From Eutreptiella sp. 'Long Island Sound 2002' (lineage: Eukaryota; Protista; Euglenida): 64,000 nucleotides of DNA. A program made the translations under genes and the position numbers. Below the pieces are notes generated by a model that was not told the origin of the DNA, made no database searches, and saw only the letters and a program-made list of their open reading frames with translations. The stretch is taken from contig OZ038378.1 in assembly GCA_964036045.1 (NCBI GenBank), positions 195,362,001-195,426,000 on the forward strand. The letters run 5' to 3'. This document shows positions 37,110-48,095 of this stretch, piece after piece (the stretch's first letter is position 1; each line of letters begins with the position of its first letter).

Positions 37110-39249
37110 CCTCCCCCAAAAGGGGGGGGGATGTTTAGAAATTTCCTACGCACAAACAGCAAGGCCGGGGTTTTCGGGGGGCCCATGGTCTTGGGTACAT
37201 GGACCTGGCAGCTGCTATGTGGGACCCCATGGGCACTAGAGGACCCATATTGGCACCCAACAATGGTATTGCCCACCGCGGCGCAAACAGCCCAAAATGG
37301 CGCTGTTCTGCCCGAATGGGCACCACTAAGAGGCCTCGTTGGTGCTACATGGCTCCCCATGGGTTCATGTGCACCCCCATTTATCCGTGCCGCGCACTAC
37401 TTCTACGGTGGGTTTACCCAGAATCCATTGGCTTTTACCCCCTCCCAAAACGCAATCTCGGGAGAGCCAACCCTTGGGTACAAGACCTATGTAAACATCC
37501 CTCCTTCCCACAACATTGCACAAGCCAAAGGGAACTCGGTGAATTAATTAATTTGCTGCATATCAGCAATCTGTCCCCACGTGTGTGGGTGCCAAAAGAA
37601 AAAGCACAAGAATATAGCTAGCAACCTACTCTATCTGTGCCAGCAATACATCCCCACATGTGTGGATGCTGAAATAATTGCTACAATAATGGAGATGACA
37701 AGTATTGCACTCAAACACATGCCTCCAAACAGTGTCCCCAACACAGGGATGAATGCAAAATGGCTACATAACCACGAGATGAGGGGTCCCCGAAGCAGTA
37801 ATTGCGGGTGCTTGTGGGCCAAACCACCTATTCTCCGCGCCGCATGCGCACCACATCAGGTGCTCCCCGGGTCCCCGGCGGTTGTCAGTCACCCAAAAAT
37901 TGCAACCTTTCAGCCAACCCATTGTGGCCTGAAAAAGTCCTCACCGGTGTGGCCCCATAGGGGGGGGGGGGGGCAATCTCGGATACCCGGGGTTAGAACC
38001 CATGATCTCTGCAATTGGTTAGGGGTCCCACATAGAAGAAAAAAGTTCTCTTGGACTTGGGTCTGGATCCACACATCCTAGCCACAAAGGCCAACAAAGT
38101 TTTGCCCCCCCCCCCCACTACCACCATCAAAAGCGGTACCCAGGCACTAGGGGGAAGGGGTGGGACACGTCAAAATCGGAAATCATTAAGGGGACCATTT
38201 TGTCTCCCAAAATGACAACTTTACAGGGGGATGTTGGACATCCGATTTCGTACACTGGGTATGCCACATGAATAACCCCGCAAAAGGGGGAGGGGGGGGG
38301 GGGGCATGGCACCCACGCTTGCACTTTGGATGACAATGTCTCTTCGAGGTGATCCAATGGGTGGGCAAATGCAATGATGTTGCCATGATGAAATATCCAC
38401 CATGATCCTGACCTCATGCGAGACTTATTTCGTTCGATTCAAATTTGTTGCTTGTCCGCAATTGCACTACAAGCCAAACCAACACCGAATGGTGCCTTAA
38501 GGTTGCCGCACAGGTGTGGCTATCGAATGTTTCATGGGATCTTCCCCCTCCCAAAGCACTGCTCCCGTCCCCACCATACCAAGGTTAGCTCTCGCTACGT
38601 ATACGGGGTTCTCGGTACGTATACTGGGTTGGGACCTGTCACTCATGTGCCAAGGCCACAATCTTTTTTATAAATTGTCCGGTTCCATTAACAGTTGTGC
38701 AAGATTGTTCCGGCTCTTCAAACTCATTGTTTGTGCCAAGGCCACAATATCGGGCATGATCATGCTCGGGGGCACTCCCCGACTCTGCACCAGAACCCCC
38801 CAACCCCGATGACCCCCCATCACTATCTGTACTTTCCAAACCTCCCAAACCCAGACCATAGTGGGTCAATGACGTAATAAATGTAAGTTGTGTACAAAAA
38901 AATCGTCTAGTCGTGTAATTTTTTTTTGCGGTACATGCGTGTAATTTTTTTTTGCGGTAAGTCGTGTGAATTATAAAAAAAAATTGAATTTTTTTATTTT
39001 TGCGGTAAGGGCGTGTAATTTCTTTTTTGCGGTAAGTTGTGTAAATTATTAAAAAAAATTGAAAAATTGAAAGAAATGCAACCTTTGCAATACATGCGCA
39101 ATATGTACAGCCGCCGGTTCCATACGACACCCCATAGCGACCTTAACGATGGGACGCCGAGTCCACAAAGCACATAGTACTCTGCGTGGCCACCAATTAG
39201 TTGGGACTCGGCCAATATAACATAGTTTCACATGCTGTCATTGGCACTA

Positions 39250-39660
39250 GACTCAAAATCACGCCCAAGAAAAGAGTCCTAACAGGGCCATGGCCAACGC
39301 TAGTGCCACCATTATAGGCCACCAAGGCACTGGTGTGGGGCCAATATAACATAGTTTCACAGGGTGTCATGGGCACGAGACACAAAATTAGGCTCAAGAA
39401 AAGAGTCTTGACAGGGCCATGGCCAACATCCAGTGTGCCTGCACTGGGAACAAAATCAGGCTCAAGAAAAAGAGTCCTGACAGGGCCATGGCCTACGCTA
39501 GTGCCACCATTATAGGCCACCAAGGCACTGGTATGGGGCCAATATAATAGCAATCTTATACGCTCCGCCGTTGGTGCACCAAACAAGCGGAGGAAAATAG
39601 AGCCCACAAAACATGCACCTGCCACAAGTAGTTGCAAAATGCACGCTTGTAGATCAAGTC
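39250..39660 (+). repeat. Modular repeat (caggctcaagaaaagagtcctgacagggccatggccaac); related copy at about 42140-42320
   Basis: Three local copies plus a dispersed copy. Confidence 0.8.
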
Positions 39661-40127
39661 CATTTTTGTGTCGCTGGACCTGGGCTTTGCACGAGGATTG
39701 GGGTTAAACTAACAAGCGGCGTGCAACTCTGCTACTAGTTGTTTGGATAGGTCATTGATGAAAAGCTGGTCACGCTCTAGACAGCCAGATGCATCTGCCA
39801 TCTGGCACCTTGCGCCACTCTCCACGGATGAGGACCTTGGGACGGGTGTCCTCCTCTGTGGGAGTGGCCATGGAAGGTTGCGGCCTTGCCTCCAGGCTTT
39901 CCACGCTCTGCTCGGCGGAGGCCTCCTTGCCTTCGAGTGGGTGGGGGTGGCCTGAACACTCTCCTCCATAGCCGAAAGTGCACCTTCAACTTGGGTGCTA
40001 GGGGGGGGACTCAGGAGGGCCAGGAAGCTCGGTCATGCCCTCCACATCATCACCGGGCGCTTGAACAACCCGCACAACACGATCAGCATTAACAATGCTG
40101 AGCACATAGTCCACAAAACCGGCACCC

Positions 40128-40615
40128 ATTGTGAGTCCCTAGCCCCAACTCGAGGGGCCACGCAACTGAGCGTGGATTGTGAGTCCCTAGCCCCAACTCG
40201 AGGGGCCACACAACAAAGTGTGTCCCTAACCGCAACTCGAGGGGCCACGCAACAAAGCCTAGATTGTGAGTCCCTAACCCCAACTCGAGGGGCCACGCGA
40301 CAAAGCCTGGATTGTGAGTCCCTAACCCCAACTCGAGGGGCCACACAACAGAGCCTGGATTGTGAGTCCCTAACCCCAACTCGAGGGGCCACGCAACAAA
40401 GCGTGGATTGTGAGTCCGTGGCCCCAACTCGAGGGGCCACGCAACAAAGTGTGGATTGTGAGTCCCTAACCCCAACTCAAGGGGCCACACAACAAAGCGT
40501 GGATTGTGAGTCCCTAACCCCAACTCGAGGGGCCACGCAACAAAGCGTGGATTGTGAGTCCCTAACCCCAACTCGAGGGGCCACGCAACATAGCGTGGAT
40601 TGTGAGTCCCTAACC
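40128..40615 (+). repeat. 48-bp tandem minisatellite (about 10 copies) containing CCCTAACCCCAA
   Basis: Unit gattgtgagtccctaaccccaactcgaggggccacgcaacaaagcgtg. It ends in taacctaaccttaac-A10 and a copy of the hAT TIR (40644-40658). Confidence 0.95.
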
Positions 40616-40829
40616 TAACCTTAACAAAAAAAAAACTGGGTCCTTAAGGACCGCCCTGCAAAGGGGGGAAAAACCACAAGTGGCTAACCCTCCCTTCTCG
40701 GGGGCCCAGAAGAGAGCAGAAGTGCTACGTCACCCCTGCATTCTCGGGGGTCCCCAACGCCAAGCGCGGGGGAAAAATCAGAAGTGGCCCACAGGTGGGC
40801 ACATTGCCTACAGGCATGCATTTGCAGTA

Positions 40830-41110
40830 AAATTGGTAATTGTTTCTTTGCGGTAAGGTCGTGTAATTCTTTTATTTTTGCGGGAAACGCGTGTCGGAAA
40901 AAATCGTCACATAGTGTAATTTTTTTTGCGGCAAGTCGTGTAATTTTTTTTTGCGGTAAATGCGTGTAACAAAAAAATCGTCATGTCGTGTAATTTTTTT
41001 TGCGGTAAATGCGTGTGACGGGCTTACACGACTTACCGCAAAAAAAAATTACACGGCTAGACGATTTTTTTGTTACACGCATTTACCGTAAAAAAAATTA
41101 CACGAATTAC
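40830..41110. repeat. AT-rich subterminal-type repeats (gtgtaatttttttttgcggtaa), also at about 25370-25500 and 38870-39065
   Basis: Repeated motif in both orientations. Confidence 0.75.
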
Positions 41111-41329
41111 AACATACATGTCAATGACATTTTTTTGTCATTGTGTCACTATTGTGTCACTACCCTCACCTGACAACACTACCTCTGGTGTCCCCAACTC
41201 TGGCATGAGCACCGCACCCGCCAATCGGATGACCGTACCACTCTCCACCTTCCACAACAAGCTTTGGCACATGCCAGCCACCGGTAGACTAGTGGCAATT
41301 TTGATACGTTCAAGCCCCATGTGTGCTGG

Positions 41330-41832
41330 TGCCCTCAGCCACCACACCCAGTCCTACATGCCGGCCAGCAAATCCAACCCTCAACCCACAGGGACACATT
41401 GGACAAGGGTCCCCTTGAACCAACCCAACGATAGGACCGCCATTTCGGTGCCTTACCAGTGGCACCCAAAAGTACATACTCTGAATCCGTTGGTACACAT
41501 ACTTTGCAAGCCATGGACTCAAGAAGGCGTAGAGCCTTAATCAACACTACCACCTCTGCTGCATTGTTCGTCTTTGGTTCATCCACATGTAATGGTTCTA
41601 AAACCCACACCTCCACACTTAAATCCATTGGCGGTGCATGCACCCCCACTCCCTCGTGACTTAGTTCGTTTGGATGGCCAATCTGCATACACCACCAAGA
41701 ACCCCTCCGACGGTGCTAAAGAAATCTGCTGCATTACCGGCTCTACCAACACTGGCACTACCTTACGCCGTTTGGCCAAAACAAGGACCTCATCTTCCTC
41801 CTGCTCGCAAGTAGCCCCGCCCCCCTTGGCCA
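41330..41832 (-). pseudogene. Decayed RNase HI-like domain of a retroelement; upstream part continues at about 48371-48720
   Basis: Frameshifted fragments FLVVYAD.., PKTNNAAEVVVLIKAL, VPTDSEYVLLGATG, SNVSLW match RNase HI motifs (YTDGS, TNNRAE, TDSxYV, NxxLW). Confidence 0.75.
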
Positions 41833-42589
41833 GGGCATTTGGTAAAACCTAGTACGTGTTGTCGTAAAACCTAGTAAAAATTTTGGTACAAACAATGTTT
41901 TTAAAAAGCTTTTTTTACTAGGTGAAAAAACCAAAAAATTGAAAAAAAATTTACCAACTTACTAGGTAGACACAAATTTGGACTTGAAATTGAACAAAAC
42001 ACACAAAGTTTATGGTGGGGGGGGGGGTCAACGATAGGTGGTATTTTTGTTTCAGGGCATGGTGCCCCCTAGTCGATTCCAGGCCACTTGTGTAGGGGCG
42101 CCCCACCCAGGCCAGACCGTGTATTGCAAGGTCAGCAAAAACAAAATCAGGCTCAAGAAAAGAGTCCTGATAGGGCCATGGCCAACACGAGCGCGATGGC
42201 ATTGGGAACAAAACCCATGCTTTTATATCATATATATATACATATATAAAGGGGTGCGCACACGTGTGTTTTGTGAGAAATCGCAAAACACACGCTTGTA
42301 GATGAGGTCCGCCTTTTTATCCTTGTAGGTGGGTTGTGCTGGGGGCGGGTTGTACTTGCACATGTTGCCTAGCACGTCCGTGATCTTCATATCCAACTCT
42401 TCAATAATTTTTCGTCGTATTGCAATCTACCAGAAGCATTTTTGGGGTAATGCCAGGGCTGTCCTTAACGCAAAAAAAAAATCAAAAAATCCCGTCCGGT
42501 ACGGGGTAATTTCAAAAGAGCCCGCGGACAGTACGTGTCTTCACCCCGGTGTTCCCAATTGTTCAACCATGAGTCCCTAGCCCCAAATT

Positions 42590-43254
42590 GGTCTCAGCAC
42601 ATAACCATATGATCCTTGCCCCACATGTGTTGCATGACCCTACCTCACACCCTGCACAATTCAACATGAAGAAGAGCAATACTTTTTTTGAATCAAATAT
42701 AGTGATGCAGCGTTCGACCACCCGAATGTTCTATCGCCGGTGGCACAGCTGGAAACAAACTCCCTACTGCTGGTACAACCTGTGGAAGTGCACCCTGACA
42801 CGCTCCATAAGCTCACCCTTCCCCCCTCTCACTTGAATCGTGCTTGTACATCCTCAATCAAACTACGAAGAAACTTCATCCGGCTACCCTTGATGACGCT
42901 ACTCCCTACGTCAACACCCAACGATTCCTCCCACCCCCCTGGAATGACATGACGCATGGTGTGCAACAGCTGTGTGCACATCACGTTCATCAAACCCTGG
43001 ACGGCGGCGACCCGTGCCCCCCTGGTCGCTTGAACTTTCTTGCTTGTGGCACAAACCACAGCAAAAACATCGCAAAAAAAGGCTGCCGTCCACTTGAAGA
43101 GGAGGTGTGAAAGTGCATCGAACAAGCCCTGGGCCTTCTCCCTCCGCCCCAGGTCAGCCTCATGACTAATGTACTCGGGCAAGTGTTCCACAACAGCAGG
43201 CATATTCTCTAGCACAATATCAAGCTCGTGGAACATTGCTTCCACCCAACGCAC
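42590..43254 (-). pseudogene. hAT-type transposase fragment
   Basis: RWVEAMFHELDIVLENMPAVVEHL..KAQGLFDAL..FFCDVFAVVCATSKKVQ resembles the helical insertion region of hAT/ZNF862-like transposases. It lies inside the hAT-like TIRs, and its 5' part is replaced by the satellite. Confidence 0.6.
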
Positions 43255-43260
43255 ACCAGC

Positions 43261-45707
43261 GGCTACCTCACCCCTGCCGTATCGGGGAGCCCCACCGCCT
43301 CAGAGCGGGGGGCAAAATCAGAAGTAACCCACAAGTGGGCAAATTGGCTACCTCACCCCTGCCGTATCGGGGAGCCCCACCGCCTCAGAGCGGGGAGCAA
43401 AATCAGAAGTGGCCCACAAGTGGGCAAATTGGCTACCTCACCCCTGCCGTATCGGGGAGCCCCACCGCTTCAGAGCGGGGGGCAAAATCAGAAGTGGCCC
43501 ACAAGTGGGCAAATTGGCTACCTCACCCCTGCCGTATCGGGGAGCCCCACCGCCTCAGAGCGGGGAGCAAAATCAGAAGTGGCCCACAAGTGGGCAAATT
43601 GGCTACCTCACCCCTGCCGTATCGGGGAGCCCCACCGCCTCAGAGCGGGGAGCAAAATCAGAAGTGGCCCACAAGTGGGCAAATTGGCTACCTCACCCCG
43701 GCCGTATCGGGGAGCCCCACCGCCTCAGAGCGGGGGGCAAAATCAGAAGTGGCCCACAAGTGGGCAAATTGGCTACCTCACCCCTGCCGTATCGGGGAGC
43801 CCCACCGCCTCAGAGCGGGGAGCAAAATCAGAAGTGGCCCACAAGTGGGCAAATTGGCTACCTCACCCCTGCCGTATCGGGGAGCCCCACCGCCTCAGAG
43901 CGGGGAGCAAAATCAGAAGTGGCCCACAAGTGGGCAAATTGGCTACCTCACCCCTGCCGTATCGGGGAGCCCCACCGCCTCAGAGCGGGGAGCAAAATCA
44001 GAAGTGGCCCACAAGTGGGCAAATTGGCTACCTCACCCTTGCCGTATCGGGGAGCCCCACCGCCTCAGAGCGGGGAGCAAGATCAGAAGTGGCCCACAAG
44101 TGGGCAAATTGGCTACCTCACCCCTGCCGTATCGGGGAGCCCCACCGCCTCAGAGCGGGGAGCAAAATCAGAAGTGGCCCACAAGTGGGCAAATTGGCTA
44201 CCTCACCCCTGCCGTATCGGGGAGCCCCACCGCCTCAGAGCGGGGGGCAAAATCAGAAGTGGCCCACAAGTGGGCAAATTGGCTACCTCACCCCTGCCGT
44301 ATCGGGGAGCCCCACCGCCTCAGAGCGGGGGGCAAAATCAGAAGTGGCCCACAAGTGGGCAAATTGGCTACCTCACCCCTGCCGTATCGGGGAGCCCCAC
44401 CGCCTCAGAGCGGGGGGCAAAATCAGAAGTGGCCCACAAGTGGGCAAATTGGCTACCTCACCCCTGCCGTATCGGGGAGCCCCACCGCCTCAGAGCGGGG
44501 GGCAAAATCAGAAGTGGCCCACAAGTGGGCAAATTGGCTACCTCACCCCTGCCGTATCGGGGATCCCCACCGCCTCAGAGCGGGGAGCAAAATCAGAAGT
44601 GGCCCACAAGTGGGCAAATTGGCTACCTCACCCCTGCCGTATCGGGGAGCCCCACCGCTTCAGAGCGGGGGGCAAAATCAGAAGTGGCCCACAAGTGGGC
44701 AAATTGGCTACCTCACCCCTGCCGTATCGGGGAGCCCCACCGCCTCAGAGCGGGGGGCAAAATCAGAAGTGGCCCACAAGTGGGCAAATTGGCTACCTCA
44801 CCCCTGCCGTATCGGGGAGCCCCACCGCCTCAGAGCGGGGGGCAAAATCAGAAGTGGCCCACAAGTGGGCAAATTGGCTACCTCACCCCTGCCGTATCGG
44901 GGATCCCCACCGCCTCAGAGCGGGGGGCAAAATCAGAAGTGGCCCACAAGTGGGCAAATTGGCTACCTCACCCTTGCCGTATCGGGGAGCCCCACCGCCT
45001 CAGAGCGGGGAGCAAGATCAGAAGTGGCCCACAAGTGGGCAAATTGGCTACCTCACCCCTGCCGTATCGGGGAGCCCCACCGCCTCAGAGCGGGGAGCAA
45101 AATCAGAAGTGGCCCACAAGTGGGCAAATTGGCTACCTCACCCCTGCCGTATCGGGGAGCCCCACCGCCTCAGAGCGGGGGGCAAAATCAGAAGTGGCCC
45201 ACAAGTGGGCAAATTGGCTACCTCACCCCTGCCGTATCAGGGAGCCCCACCGCCTCAGAGCGGGGGGCAAAATCAGAAGTGGCCCACAAGTGGGCAAATT
45301 GGCTACCTCACCCCTGCCGTATCGGGGAGCCCCACCGCCTCAGAGCGGGGGGCAAAATCAGAAGTGGCCCACAAGTGGGCAAATTGGCTACCTCACCCCT
45401 GCCGTATCGGGGAGCCCCACCGCCTCAGAGCGGGGGGCAAAATCAGAAGTGGCCCACAAGTGGGCAAATTGGCTACCTCACCCCTGCCGTATCGGGGATC
45501 CCCACCGCCTCAGAGCGGGGAGCAAAATCAGAAGTGGCCCACAAGTGGGCAAATTGGCTACCTCACCCCTGCCGTATCGGGGAGCCCCACCGCTTCAGAG
45601 CGGGGGGCAAAATCAGAAGTGGCCCACAAGTGGGCAAATTGGCTACCTCACCCCTGCCGTATCGGGGAGCCCCACCGCCTCAGAGCGGGGGGCAAAATCA
45701 GAAGTGG
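43261..45707 (+). repeat. Homogeneous 85-bp tandem satellite, about 29 copies
   Basis: Unit ggctacctcacccctgccgtatcggggagccccaccgcctcagagcggggrgcaaaatcagaagtggcccacaagtgggcaaatt, with only occasional single-base variants. Confidence 0.98.
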
Positions 45708-47159
45708 TGCCCAAAAGAGGGCGGCGGGGGGGGTAGACATGGCCCGCGTTCGGCCGGGGGAAAAAGGCCTCTAGGGGCTGTCCTTAAGGGCTGTCCTTAA
45801 CAAAAAAAAAAAATCTCGTCCCTTAAGGACAGCCCTGGGTAATGCTCTAGAACAAAAAATTCCTGACCACGGATAACCACCTTTGGACAGACCTCATCTT
45901 CTAAAAGCGGGTTGTCAACCGCGCACCGCTCACCCAACGCGAATGCCAATACAATGCATGCCGGTGTGGCAGTAAATTGCACTCTCCATTTGCGCAATGC
46001 CACACATATCTCCGATGGACACAAAACGGAAGGGCATGTAGGGCACGCTGATAAACTCCACATTCAGGGCGGGCTATGTGGACGGTGTCATCGCAAAAAA
46101 AAGCACGACGAACGGCTGGGTGGGTAATAGGGTGTAGCATACATCCGTGCCATTGCCCCACTCGGTGTGGTCTCCATAGGGGGGGCGTGCGTAGAATTGC
46201 GATAGTGCAAAGTTGCCTGTGCAATCCCACGCAACAACCACAATCTATCTTGGGGAAGTTGCACGTTGCCGTTGACAACACGCTTGGACAAAAGGCAATG
46301 CAGCATCAGAAGGCAGGCGAAATGGCAGCCCACACCGTCCTTTTGACATAGGAAGGTGGAGTAGAGGGGGCGATAGCAAAAGCTACATTGCCAAACTCAC
46401 CCAAAAACCTATCCCACTTCTTCTGCGGCCTTGGCTCAATGCCTTCTTGTTCGGCAATGAGGTTGACTATGGCCAACTCCTCAATGTTTGCACCCGCTAT
46501 GTACAAATCTGTTAGACGGCTGATCGAACACGGAGCATAAGAAAGTGTGCATTGGGGAAACCAACAACAAGCGCAGCAAAACATAACACACAACATACAA
46601 TGGCTGGAAGAGAGCCGAGCCGCGGGCCTGAAGTAACCCACAAAAAGTCCAATGAGTGCAGCACCCCACAATAGATGGCATACATTTTGAATGTCGGTCC
46701 CCCACATGCATTGCACCTGGGCCTGTGTCTGTCACTCTTTACCCATGAATGATGAGTAAGCTCCTTCATCAGATCAAGGGCCGTATGTCACAAACAACCA
46801 AGCAATAAAAGTACACTACATGCGTATTCTAAGGGTGTCATCTGTGCCCACAAGACTCATTGTGGCCGCGGCGGGTGGGAACCCGCAAGCGCATAGTGCA
46901 AGGTTGCACAGGGGCGCGATGTGGGAAGGCACAAGGGCACAGTGTAACGGGCACAACGTAGGGTTGTGGTGCTAGGCCACACAGGGATGCAGCTTGCGAT
47001 GGCGCTCCAGCGCACAGCAGGGTCGCGCAGGGGCACAATATTAAATCGTGTTGGGCCGTACTGTGGGACTGATTTATTCATGCATACCTCGGTGCCTTCC
47101 GCAGAGTCTTACTTGGTGCACACTAATGCAAACACCGAGAGCAGAAGGAAAAGGGGGGG

Positions 47160-48095
47160 CACAGAAGAGGGCGCAAATGCTACGTCACCCCTGCTTTCTC
47201 GGGGATGCCCAACAACAAGCGCGGGGAGCAAAACCAGAAGTGGTCACCAATAAAGGTAAACATAATCAGAAGTGGCTGCCTTACCCCCGCCTTCTCGGGT
47301 GCCCAAAAGAGGGCGGAAATGCTACGTCACCCCTGCATTCTCGGGGATCCCCAACGCCAAGCACGGGGAGCAAAATCTGAAGTCGCTGCCTCACCCCTAC
47401 CTTCTCGGGGGTTCAAATGAGGGCGAAATTGCTACGTAACGCGTGCATTCTCGGGGATCCCAAACGCCAAGCACGGGGAGCAAAATCCGAAGTCACTGCC
47501 TCAACCCTGCCTTCTCGGGGGTTCAAATGAGGGCGAAAATGCTACGTAACGCCTGCATTCTCGGGGATCCCCAAAGCCAAGGGCAGGGAGCAAAATCAGA
47601 AGTGGTTCCCAACAAAGGGGAACAAAATCAGGTGGCTGCCTCACCCCTGCCTTCTCAGGGGCCCAAAAGAGAGCGGAAATGCTACGCCACCCCTGCATTC
47701 GTGGGGATCCCCAACGCCAAGCGCGGGGAGCAAAATCAGAAGTGGTCCCCAACAAAGGGGAACAAAATCTGAAGTGGTTGCCCCACCCGTCCGTTCTCGG
47801 AGGCCCAAAAGAGGGCGGAAATGCTTCGTCACCCCGGCATTCTCGGGGATTCCCAATGCCAAGCGCGGAGAGCAAAATCAGAGGTGGTCCCCAATAAAGG
47901 GGAACGAAATGTGAAGTGGCTGCCTCACCCCTGCCTTCTCGGGGGCCCAAAAGAGGGCGGAAATGCTACGTCACCCTTGCATTCTCGGTGGTCCCCGAAC
48001 AGGGGTTCAAAAAGGGCCCTCACGAAGCTAGTGGAAAAAGACCCCTTCGAGCGGGGGTCAAGATGAGAAGTGGCCAACAAGTGGCCCGAAAGTTC
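47160..48095 (+). repeat. Diverged modular array related to the 85-bp satellite
   Basis: Recurrent modules gcaaaatcagaagtgg, cctcacccctgccttctcggggg, cccaaaagagggcggaaatgctacgtcacccctgcattctcgggga. Confidence 0.9.

Larger units (their letters stand above)
42454..45837. mobile_element. hAT-like element (element B), 3.4 kb, nested in element A
   Basis: Perfect 15-bp TIRs cagggctgtccttaa / ttaaggacagccctg; 8-bp TSD ggtaatgc (42446-42453, 45838-45845). CAGGG ends plus an 8-bp TSD are typical of hAT. Confidence 0.85.

Noticed and set aside
39995-40618. 207-aa ORF with DCESLTPTRGATQQSV repeats
   Set aside because: In-frame read-through of the 48-bp minisatellite; the same unit occurs elsewhere in both orientations.
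40600-40630. True telomere or chromosome end
   Set aside because: Only two or three imperfect repeats, internal and adjacent to a transposon TIR.
43261-45707. CRISPR array or tandem snoRNA/SL-RNA genes
   Set aside because: Units are contiguous with no unique spacers, no cas genes are present, and no box C/D, Sm-site or tRNA features were recognised. The same applies to the 48-bp array.
43228-45800. Three long ORFs (848, 854 and 775 aa)
   Set aside because: All are cyclic translations of the stop-free 85-bp satellite; there is no unique domain or plausible gene context.
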